Origin: Phoronis australis
Lineage: Eukaryota; Animalia; Phoronida
Direction: 5' to 3'
Length of the DNA: 64,000 nucleotides
Assembly (NCBI GenBank): GCA_002633005.1
Contig: NMRA01000555.1
Span: forward strand, 161,514-225,513
Position numbers and translations under genes: made by a program. The notes under the pieces are model-generated. The model worked only from the letters and a program-made list of their open reading frames with translations. It had not been told where the DNA came from and made no database searches. Each line of letters begins with the position of its first letter. Within the stretch, counting starts at the first letter, position 1. Of this stretch, positions 53,601 to 64,000 are shown in pieces.

Positions 53601-54467
53601 GTCTTCGGAATTAATTAAGGGATGCTCTGTTTAATTATCAGAGCCTCTAAGATCTTAAGGCGATAATGTTCAGATTTGAAATGTCTTATTTCTGTGTTGT
53701 CAATTTTAGTGGGTTTGAGATTGCGACCATGGCAGGTGACGAAATGGACTATTATTTCTAATGGTTCTATTAATGACCATTCTGTTACTTGCTACGTTTG
53801 CGAACTCAAACGCACTTAAGTTTTTGACAACACAGCATTTTAGTGACAGGCCGTCTCCTTTTGGTGTTATGTATGATGTTGGACGTCTCCTCTTCGAATC
53901 GGACAGCGTGACCAGACGTGTTGCGCAGCATTACGAGAAGTTATGACTGAAAATAGTGCGGCATTCAATGAAACTTACAAGTCAGTAAATGCAAAACATA
54001 CTCCATATGTAATCAGATGATTATGAAAAAACCCACTGTGTGAGCAAAACCCACAATAAGGCATTAATAGCTCAAAACCTACAGCATTTACATTTATTGG
54101 TCGATGATTGGTTCGCCAATTAGTGTACAATACCACTCGCACCCGCGACATTGACTCTTATCGTGGCAAGCGAAACTTAAATATCAGCTAGTAAATGCAA
54201 ATATTTCAATATTAGCTAGTGGACCCTACTAAAGAGTCAAAACCGTTTTTAAAGCCGATTAACGAATTTGACGATTGTTGGATGGGATAGAATTATTAGC
54301 TTTGACTTGATCCACAAAACAACAAATCCGTTGTGCTTTTGAGATTTTACTACAGTTCTCCAAGTACCGCTGATGTCTTGCAGACATTCGCCGAAATCAA
54401 GGTCGGTGACAAGTTAAATACGTAAAAAATACTCCGTCGTTTATGGAGTGGTAATTGTCGCCACCTG

Positions 54468-54520
54468 AAGAGTGTTGGACTGCGACCGTGGGGGTTGCAG
54501 GCTTGATTCCGCGCTGGGGC
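54468..54520 (+). mobile_element. Degenerate tRNA-like (SINE head) relic
   Basis: agagtgttggactgcgaccgtggggttgcaggcttgattcc resembles a tRNA D-arm end, anticodon arm and B-box (GGTTCGATTCC). Confidence 0.35.
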
Positions 54521-55749
54521 TGGCCTTAGAAAATCGGCTAGATTCCTTTAAACTCGAACCTAGCACTAAATCCAGTTGATAACATGTCTGCCAAACTCAT
54601 CACATTGATTACCTCGGTCATCAAAAAAGAAACAGTCATTACTGCCATCAGTAAACGTTTTGACCACAAGCGAACTGGAGAGCTAGCTGATTCGAAATTC
54701 GATAGTCATTGTAATGCCTTAACTACGGAAATAGTTTAGACGAACTCAACATTAACAAGAACACAACTATTTCTCTACTCCTTAGCTTTGCTATTCGAAG
54801 TTTACAGTGCCGCCAACCCATAAGTACTAACATAACATGGAAAGATGTATTAAGAATCTACAATTGCAAACAGTGAAGATTAAATAATGATAAAAACGTG
54901 AGAATAAAAATCTATTAGTGTAAACGATAATAAATAATAATAATGAAAAAACAACAACAACAATAATAATAATAATGATAACAATGCATAAGACGGAAAT
55001 GAATTTACAAAATACCTTTAACTTTATGTAGGACCAAAGAAATATCGCCAAATTAGGCCAAATTTGGAACATCATCTCTCATTGATTGGATGCCGTGGTC
55101 TCATATGAAACTTGCTTTAAGCACCGATCTCCAAATCATTGTTGGGTATTGTTTTTAATATATTCCATTTGTGCATGAGGGGCTATCAAAAATGGGGCTT
55201 TTGATTTTCATAATAAAGTCAAAAGTTCCATAAAACAAAAGCTGTAACAGCGTATTAGAGATATCGTTTTGAAGAAACGTTATATCAAATGTCGTTGTTT
55301 TGCTAGCACTGTGCCTTTCTTTTTTGCTAAAGGGGCGTGGTTGCGTGAACCTATAAACAGCTCGTTGGTAAAAAGTCAGATATCCAAATATTTTGCTTTT
55401 AGGAAGTACATGTATATACTTTATTGGGTTACTGTAGTTTTGTACATATTAGTCTAATTGTGGATAAGGTCTTACGTAACCTGTTGTGTTGTTAATTCTG
55501 ACAACTATTCGCTTGTTAAAGGTAGTGATTGTTACTACTGGAAGACACGAAACGATCTGTAGTACACTGTGGTCAAAAGATTTACAAAATTTTAAAAGTT
55601 GAACAATTTAAACAAGGCATCAACACAAGATTCAAAAAAGCTTGATAATGGCTTGCTTTGGTTATGTTTCTGACTGTAAAAATTTTAAGCGATGGCAATT
55701 GTTGACTCCCCATGAAATGGGATGAAAAAAGTCATTTGAATATCCAAAG

Positions 55750-56335
55750 TATCACGTGTTGTGGAAAGGAACTTTTTTCAAGCTTTGGTAAGATAGCACA
55801 TGTTTTTCTGTCTCATTTGATATTTCTTGAGCGTAACTGTTCAAAGTGAGGTGGTTGTCCGTTTAGCCCGGGAAAACTGAAGGTAGATGTCTACATAATT
55901 GCTGATTTGAGGACGTTTTCTTGTGTACTGTGTTACTGTGGGTGGCTGAAAAGCATGTGCTCTTTGTTTTTGAAAGAGTTTAATGCTAGCTTGTTGACTA
56001 CAAGTCATTCATTTAGAAGGTATGGCTTTTGCATTAAGAAATGTTGTGTCAGTGCTGCGCCGGCCATGTCTCTATTGTGCATAGTTGTGAGAAGTGTCTT
56101 CGATATACATAGTGATCTAAAATTCACCTTTGAGTGACACCTGTTGTGATTTGGGCGAGGAAGGAGCTTGTTGTGATTTGAAGGAGACGAGTTGTGATTA
56201 TAGTACTGCTGTCTGTGATGAAGATAATTTATGAACCATTTTAATTCAGTTTCATTTATTCCATTGTCAAATAGCTTGCGGATTAAAGTGTGTGGTTTAC
56301 GGTGTCAAAGGCTTTTGACCGATCAATAAATATAA
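55750..56335 (-). mobile_element. Highly decayed CR1/L2-type LINE reverse transcriptase fragment
   Basis: Minus-strand translation FIDRSKAFDTVNH..IRKLFDNGINETELKWFINYL..RQQY..ITTGV..YIEDT..VNKLALNS, matching the D.SKAFD, GVPQG and YADDT region with indels. Confidence 0.75.
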
Positions 56336-56880
56336 TGAGGGTGTTTTTTATGAAAAGACAATTGTGGATATTGTTCAACCCGTAGTTACTTCAATCGAAA
56401 GGTTTCGTAAAAAACTATATTGATGTTTGTAAAGAATATTGTTGGCCTATATAAAAGAATAAAGTTTTTCGTGCAATACGTTTTTGAATTATTCTTGAGA
56501 GGGATAATATAATGGTCTTATAACTGGAGAGCAACGTACCGTCAAGGTGGCTTCAGTTACATAAGGGCACAACTTTGATTTAGATTACCTGGGAAAAAAT
56601 TCAGAGGCCAGAGGTTCCATGCGCGCACCTAGGGGTGGGGGGAGGCATTTGGCGAAGTGTGTAAACAGGTATGCCTCAGAGAAAAAACTCCGAAAAGTAG
56701 AAAACGAGACAACAGTCCACTGACAAAATTCGGTAAACGCACAACTCATTGCTCTAAACGTACATGTACCCCATGAATCTTAGTAAAAGGTTCAAATTCT
56801 CAAAAATTCGATCCCCCCATTTTTAAGCTGAATGGCTGGGTTCGTTATAAGAAAGGTCAAAATTCAAGTTCAAGTTCATA

Positions 56881-57186
56881 CCGGTTTTTTCCGTAGATAA
56901 GTCCATGGGCGCGTATTTGGAAAGCGAAAATTTTCAGACATTTTCGGAAAGGAGCGTGTAAACGGAAAGTCATAGCCTCGGCTGACATGAAAATATCAGC
57001 GATTTTTTTCAAGAAACTGTGTTTTATTTTAAAGTTAATAAATACATAGTTTGCCAACACTTAGTTCGTTTTTGTAAATGATAAATGCTCCACCAAACTG
57101 AATTTGTGGCTAAACGTTGACGCTAAGTGGGCTTTTAAGAAGACATGGGCGTTTCACCGGGTGGGCGTATCTACGGAAAATCCTGG
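56881..57186. mobile_element. Tc1/mariner-type (pogo/Tc2-like) MITE with TA TSD
   Basis: TA|CCGGTTTTTTCCGTAGATAAG ... CGTATCTACGGAAAATCCTGG|TA inverted termini. Confidence 0.7.
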
Positions 57187-57899
57187 TATGGGCACCGTTT
57201 TATCACATTAGTAGAAACGTAATCGTGACCTGTGCTTGATATATTTGTTAATGATTTAATTATTTTAGAACTTAGCGTGTTCATCAACTGCTCAAATTTG
57301 AGATGATTTGATGGTCTTCAACATCATGAATTTTAATGTTTTTACGAGAATTGTACGTTAAATTCGCCTCATTCAAAGGGGTGCAATGGTCCTGACAGCA
57401 CTTCTCGGATACAACACGCTATTGTATCATGAACGGTTGGTGAAATCAAACGGAAAAATTTTCACGTTGAAGAACAACTCTTTGTCATATTTTAACCTAA
57501 TACATACATCAAAAAGAAAAACACGCCAAAGTGGAACCAAAACTTAATTCTAGTTTAGAAGAAAATTTCGTCTTTAATACCCCAAAGACATTTTAAATGT
57601 TTCTTTTTAGTTTTAGCATAATGATGGCAGTCAGGAAAACTGAAACAGCTCTGAAATTGCGTCGTATTCGAGACATGGCAGCGACGAGTAGGTCATCCAG
57701 GCTCTAAATATTTTAGTTTTGTCCTTGTCGATGACATTACGGACTCATGGGGGGTGGAAGTCGAGCGTGTGATGGATTCTTCCATAGGAAGCGTTGTTTA
57801 CAAACATGCCGCCATCGCAAGTTGGTATTTCATACTCTCTATCGGTATAGTCTTGGTGGGACGTATGGCCAAAGGTCATATGTTTAAAACAAACAGTGC

Positions 57900-58560
57900 A
57901 GGTGGTTTGATGTCATTTGCGGTGCATCAGACGTGCGCAGGCCTCATGGTTAGGCCCATTGCACAAAACACGTGAGCAAAGGCACGAGAGCCCAATTATG
58001 ACTCCTCGTGAAGAAAGTTTTCAAGTCTGCCAGTTGCCTTTAGGAAAACGGACAGACGTTTCCACCTGTTGCCATGCACTATCTGTTGTAGGCACCTAAC
58101 AGTGCCATGCAGTAGGTTGCTCCTTAGCCTATAAAAAGCTGGGCAAGACTCTACCAGGTGTTTAGGATATTCTACGTCAGTACCACACTCGGGACACACA
58201 GGGCTCCCCATATGCCCAGTAATGTGTCTGTGTCCGGCTAGGTTGCAGAGGGCCGTCAAAACTTGAATGAGGTGCCTTACACCCAATCTATCTAGACTCA
58301 GAAGGCTTTTTTAACCTTTTGGTTCGATCACGTTGGGAAAATTCTCCTAGGTCTCTCTGCAGGAGTTAAGTGATGAACACTGGGCTGCTGACTAGGTATG
58401 TACCCAGTTGCGTATACCCATCCTGCAACATCCGTAAGATAACGGGATAGCAGGTTCAGGCACAAAATGCAGAAAGGTTGCTCCTATCTTTGCGAGTCTG
58501 TCTGCATTCTCATTGCCATCAATCTCCACATGGGCCCTGACCCAGCGTATAATGACGGAC
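57900..58560 (-). mobile_element. 3' fragment of an RNase H-bearing LINE (LOA/Lian-like)
   Basis: IRWVRAHVEIDGNENADRLAKIG..PEPAIP (RNase H C-terminus), then LT..CNL..H...CPECGTDVEYPKHLVESCPAF (CCHC), followed by a 3' caatgggcc..ggcct stem. Confidence 0.85.
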
Positions 58561-60807
58561 TAGCGTGATGTCGCCGAACTCGCAAGACGCTAGGTTGCAG
58601 AACGTAGCCTGGGTTGGGCATCGTGCCTGTTTTACTTCCTTTCAGCAACTAGGTCCGTTGACCTTTGATCTCTAAAAAACATGTTTTAGTGCCAACAGGA
58701 CTTTCTTCACAGCAGTATTTCATCTTCCAAAAGGACATCACAACGATTTTATAATGGCTAAATCAAAGGACAGGCACCAGTTTATAACCCCTTTGATAGC
58801 TTACATGTAGATTAAAAAAATAATGAGAAATAAATATATTGGAATATCAAAATGTACAAACATGTTCATGCAAAATACAAAAATTGTTGTTCTAAGCTAA
58901 TAGTCATTAAGTACTACAGTCGAACTCTGGATTGACAAACACACCATGTCATGCTAATAGATCCATTGACGTCATTAAAAGCCCCGTATGCAACGTATAA
59001 ACAGCTATGAGGAAGTGGAATGCACGTAGATGAGTATTATACTCGACTATTGGAATGTACTTTTAGACTGGTGTTACATGTACAGAGTCCATTTCTCTTC
59101 ACAATATTCTAAAACTTTCAGGATGTCCACATGAACTACAGAATAAATAGCTTCTTCAGGACATGTAGGCTACGCTATACCATGTTATCCAAGGGTATTC
59201 ACTCACCAATTTTTGTAAGGAATGATAAAAGAATAGATCACACTGGTGTTGTGGAGTTGTTCAGTTGGAACACAATGTAACATCAGCCTTTTCTAACAAT
59301 AAGTGTATTACCCTCGCTTTGATTTCTTGCACACAGATACAGTCACTATTCTATGACACGCACTTGCGGCACGTGCTATCCTCGTGACCATGAATCAGAA
59401 CGATTACCCTGTATCAAGATACCACAGTCTACCAAAGGTACAAACCCTTTTCAAATATTCCTAACTTTTAAACATATATCTAGGTCAAATGCCTTCAAGA
59501 GAACACAGATTCACCACAATTGAAAACTGGCAGCACTAGTTTCTAAACCAACAGTGGCAATAATACCAGAATTTGCAGCTATTGACAAGGTGTATCCACG
59601 AGGAATCATTCATATTTCGCAGAGGGGTCAATATCACTGAGGGCAACACCTGACCTTTGGCCTTTGGGGTGTGCGTCTTATGTAAAATCTTTCCAACTTG
59701 TGTTTCTACCGTTTTGGTAAACAAATGAGGAATCAAATTCGGCAATCGGACAGCATAAATTATGGCCTTAAGTGTAAATGAAATGGTGTGCTCTACACAA
59801 CATGTCAGTATAAGGACCTAAAAATCATTGCGGGTTACCATAGTTGTCTTCCCTCAATCTTCATACAAAACAGTGATAAGACACTTAGTATACTCCAGCC
59901 GTCACGGATTAAGCAGCCTTTGGCCCTCTTACTGCTGGCACTGGAGCCATTTACCAATAATACCTGGAAGCTTTGCATTGAAATGGGAGCTCAAACCTCA
60001 CTGGGCAAAAGAACAGCTAAACATGGGTTCTTTTACCACTAGAAATAACAAAACGACAAAGCAAGTTGGTGGCAAAGACCTGCGTTTTGGTAAAGCAAAA
60101 TTGGTTCTGCAACGCTAAAGGTAGACAGTTCACCGTTCACATATACAGGGCACCTGGGCTGGCAGATGTGGGCATGTCATCCTGATTAACTACACCTAAT
60201 TCAGCTTACCACTTTAGAAAACAAACTGGATGATCAATACAATTTACATTCAGAGAAAAAATCCTTGCCAAATGTATATTTAAATAACTTCCTATGCATC
60301 TTTGTTTATAATACTGAACCCAGAAGTTGTGTTTGAACATGACACTTGTTTTAATTCTTCCTTTTGATTCAGAACTCCAGCCCATCTTCGCCAACAAAAT
60401 CCGTGTGGTGTATGCAGATTGGCAGAAATCAGCCTCGGTTTGGTGCATGGAAAGACATGATTGGTCGATCGCTGCCCACTGATAGTGGATCTGGAGACGC
60501 CATAGTCCCTCGGAACAGAGTGTTTCCAAAGTCTCTAGTGGGCGTCATTGTACGGTGCATGTCATCTGAAGCAATTTAGAACAGATATCAATAATTTTGT
60601 AAAAACAGCATCATTTGCCAACAACTATACAATACAGTGAATTTAGAGAAGGATTTTGTCACTTGCTAAAGTTGGCTTTAATGATTGAACAGTCAGTTAG
60701 CAACAGTATCTCATGTGTTATCAGTGTCAAATTAAGTACAAATATTAAAAACAAACAACAAATTAAGTCAAGGACAATAAACTTCAAAGTTCAAAATAAG
60801 TTAGATG

Positions 60808-60946
60808 TTATTTCTCAAATGGCGTGACAATGTCCATCTCACCAGAGAAAGGTAGCGGGTAAGTGCCTGTAGACATCATGGCTTGTGCTTGTGTCTGCGC
60901 CTTGGCAATGATCTCGTTGATCTTGTCCATCCTACTCTGTCCGCTC
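60808..60946 (-). CDS. Unidentified coiled-coil protein, last coding exon
   Basis: Acceptor tttcctcag, phase 2. Translates (R)SGQSRMDKINEIIAKAQTQAQAMMSTGTYPLPFSGEMDIVTPFEK* (TAA at 60810-60808). Confidence 0.8.
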
Positions 60947-61747
60947 CTGAGGAAATAAGCAGTGCAAGACTTAAGCATGGGTGACGAGTGTATGGAGAGT
61001 AGGGGGAAATAGGGTTATAACTAACACTAATGAAAATAAGTATGCTGACGATTAGACGCGTGGGGGTATGAGAGGAGAAATGACGGCTGATTGGGGAAAC
61101 TAGTAATTGCTGCAAAACACTGATTTCGTGTGACAGAGCATAGAAACAATAGGACTGGAGCAAGCACACAATGCCAAGAAATCAACTAAAGGAAAATGTT
61201 AAAATAAAAATGTAGCTTTTCAATACTGAAATGTATTCCTCAAATTTATATTACAAGGCAGTGAAATAGATCCCAGCACATTAATTGAAAGCCAAAATTA
61301 CCAGCACAGAAAACAAGTGCACCTCTGCTGGGAATTTCATAATAATATTGAAGTTGTGAATCCTGCCTATGACCTATAGCATCTTAGATGAATGTGATCC
61401 ATGTTTGTTGGTTAGTAGCTGACAATTAAATAGGTGGACCATAGCATGCTCTTCTTAATCATTAAATGATATTTCATCATCTCATTAACATAATCTGCAA
61501 TAACATTGTACATTGCTTGACTGACAATCCATTTACACTATTCAGACAACATTCAAATAAGTCCTGCTTAAATGTAGGTGTCAGATTTCAGGTAACAGGT
61601 AAAATGGGGGGGTTCCCTTTTGAATTCAACAATTTTCAGATGATTTTGAGCATTAAAATGCTTACTGAATGACAGGTCTGTAGAGAGGACAATGTATTAA
61701 ATAAATGCACTGTGACTGAGTACAAACTCACAGAGGGCAGCACTAAC

Positions 61748-61893
61748 CTGTCTTGTGCCGGACTGTCCTTCCTCTTATACATCATGAGCTGAAGTCGTAG
61801 TCGTTGGTTGTCCTCCTCACTGGACTTAAGGCTCGACTTGGTGACTGCATGTAACGTCTGCTCAGTGGATAGGGCCGACTGAATCTCATTCAG
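61748..61893 (-). CDS. Unidentified coiled-coil protein, penultimate coding exon
   Basis: Acceptor tgtcctcag and donor gttagt, phase 0/2. Translates LNEIQSALSTEQTLHAVTKSSLKSSEEDNQRLRLQLMMYKRKDSPAQD(R), heptad-like. Confidence 0.85.
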
Positions 61894-63127
61894 CTGAGGA
61901 CAGAGTGAAAAGACCGTTAATATCGAGCAAAGCATACCCACCCATATGGGGATATACATGTAGGTCACCTGTTCACCATTTTTGTTAATATTAGAATGAC
62001 ACCAGTAACTGGCTATGAAAAGGTATAAACAAAACTTGAAGTCTGATACGCTTTTTTGAACCGGAACTCAGGCACATCAGAATTCTGAAGTTTCACACTT
62101 TACAGATATTTTATTGCTGCAGTGAAAGCTACTGTTCAGTACGCAGACTAATTAGCGATATAACAACGAGAGTAACTGTGAACATGTAAAGCCTGCTCAG
62201 TTCAAACAGTTGGCAAGAACACAGGTTACACAACACCACACATTACATGGAATATTTAGAATCATGTGGTGTTACACAGTACAAGTGACTAGCTGTGAAG
62301 GTCATGATTGGCTTAAAATGTAGACAACTTAAGTAAGGCCAGGTAAAACATATATGGTAATAAGCTACACTATTACCAAAGATCCAATTTCTCTAATGAC
62401 CTTTTAACTGTTAATAGTAGACTAATAAAACTCTATACCTTTAGAATTCTAGACCTCGGTGCACAAGAATATTGCCCAGTTTTTTTGTAATCATCTGTCA
62501 CACTGAGATTCTTAAAAGAAATCTCGATTTTTGACAGATTGACATCATTTCTAGACACATGACTTTTGTAAATGAGACCTGCATACTGTTTCAAGGATGC
62601 AATCATAACGTGCCCATGCAATATATGTGGACACATTAAACTACCAATAAAGAAGACATCAGCATTCCTTGAAAAAACGTAAGTATTGGTTTTTGACAGC
62701 TGAAAAGTACGACAATTTCCATGAAAACCACATATCTTGAGAAAAAGCGTAATCACATGATGACAAACATCTGAGCATTCCTTTCCCACACGTATTTAGA
62801 TTACGTGATCAGCAAGGATTTTAAAAATATGTGATGCTGTTTTTAGAGTAAACAATTAATGCTTAAAACTATTTAAGCAATTTGATCCTTGGTTACGAAG
62901 GTACTCTATTACAATAAAATTAGACACTGGCTGATCAAAATAATCAGATGATAAGACCAGACGAACGTGTCATGCATAGCCCCTCTTCAGTGTCTAATGA
63001 TGTCAACTCACTCAAGTCAAAGTATCGATGAAACAATAAAAATAAGAAAAAAACAACCTGGAATTCCTGCCATGATGGCCGAGTGCAAAAGTGTGATAAT
63101 AACGGCGATTTACACCCTCGTGTTTAC

Positions 63128-63239
63128 CTTCCGTTTATAGTCCTCCATCTGCTTGGTAGATACGCCGTCACCTTTGTCCTTGTTCAGCTCCATCTGTAGG
63201 CGTAGTGTTATCTCTTGCAGCTGACGAGACATCTCATTC
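63128..63239 (-). CDS. Unidentified coiled-coil protein, upstream coding exon; the gene starts beyond the window end
   Basis: Acceptor ctgttgcag and donor gtaaac, phase 2/0. Translates NEMSRQLQEITLRLQMELNKDKGDGVSTKQMEDYKRK. The phase matches the next exon. Confidence 0.85.
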
Positions 63240-63713
63240 CTGCAACAGACAACAGGTGTCCTCAGTGACACTAATCAAGAGTTTTCAAGTGCACTATAGT
63301 GTGGTATACTCACAAAAGTACTCACTGGTAAATAGTGCCCAAGTGCAAACTCAAGACGATATCCATAGCAACTAACACAGTGCACTTAAGCCATCACTTC
63401 AACCCCTGTTAACAAGCGGGCATTCAGTAGACACGAAAACCTTGCGAAAACACATTCAAGGCTTCACGTGATATCACCGTACATCACAACAGAAGCACAT
63501 GATGACAATACCTTCCTGTGTGAGGTTCATTCATCCACACAACTCAGACATGATTTGGACAACATGCGAATACATCTTAAGATTTTAGATTGTTGTTTCA
63601 ACCTATTAAATAAACGTTAAAACATCCCCCTGTTGTTTTTTCTCTGTTTAATCTTTTTTCTTTTAATCCCCTTCTCAATCTTGACCAAAACAAAAACAGT
63701 AGAGCAATAAGTC

Positions 63714-63759
63714 TGTTCTTTGATTTTGACCTAAATTGTTCTTTGATTTTGACCTAAAT
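63714..63759. repeat. Perfect 23-bp direct repeat x2
   Basis: tgttctttgattttgacctaaat occurs twice in tandem. Confidence 0.85.
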
Positions 63760-64000
63760 CAAAATTTGCTTCAGGCATCACAAGTTCTTCACAGGCGTAT
63801 TTGTTTGTACAAAGCGACGTCATAGTGTTTTTGTCCTTTGTTTAAATTGACTGGCTTACAATTAGTCCAGATCACCAGACACACTGTTTTGGTGACTGAA
63901 ACTAACCAGTTGTGACAACAAATTTCGATGTTTTTGTCTAAAGCAATAACGACCAATCCGTTCCTCTTAAGCTCAGAAATTATTTGTATTCTGAGTATGG

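Noticed and set aside
1-64000. Most of the short ORFs in the supplied six-frame track
   Set aside because: Eukaryotic intronic or intergenic DNA. They lack recognisable motifs and splice-phase support, and many start at non-ATG codons or lie in repeats.

Overview
Intron-rich, AT-rich animal genomic DNA. The gene structure, repeat families and TACATGTA excess suggest a marine invertebrate, probably a lophotrochozoan such as a mollusc; this is an inference. Most ORFs in the supplied track are spurious. Three spliced protein-coding genes can be built by hand with GT-AG junctions and matching phases. (1) The 5' three coding exons of a signal-peptide-bearing, apparently monofunctional PAL (peptidyl-alpha-hydroxyglycine alpha-amidating lyase) on the minus strand, 6614->2363, continuing beyond the window start. 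(2) A complete 4-exon, 362-aa class A neuropeptide-type GPCR (NPR-15/trissin-receptor-like) on the plus strand, 17794-50661, with introns of about 19, 11.6 and 1 kb. (3) The last three coding exons of an unidentified coiled-coil protein on the minus strand, 63239->60808. The rest is a dense patchwork of decayed LINEs (L1/Tx1-like, CR1/L2-like, two with RNase H), a THAP-containing Kolobok-like relic, two inverted AcademH-like elements, several MITE families (one with 5-bp TSDs), tRNA-like SINE heads, mini- and microsatellites, an assembly gap and a probable false duplication. I see no clear evidence for a wholly new biological system. The best leads are the divergent PAL/orphan GPCR pair, the roughly 10-fold excess of the TACATGTA octamer, the 5-bp-TSD MITE family and a spliced SAP-domain relic next to the THAP relic.
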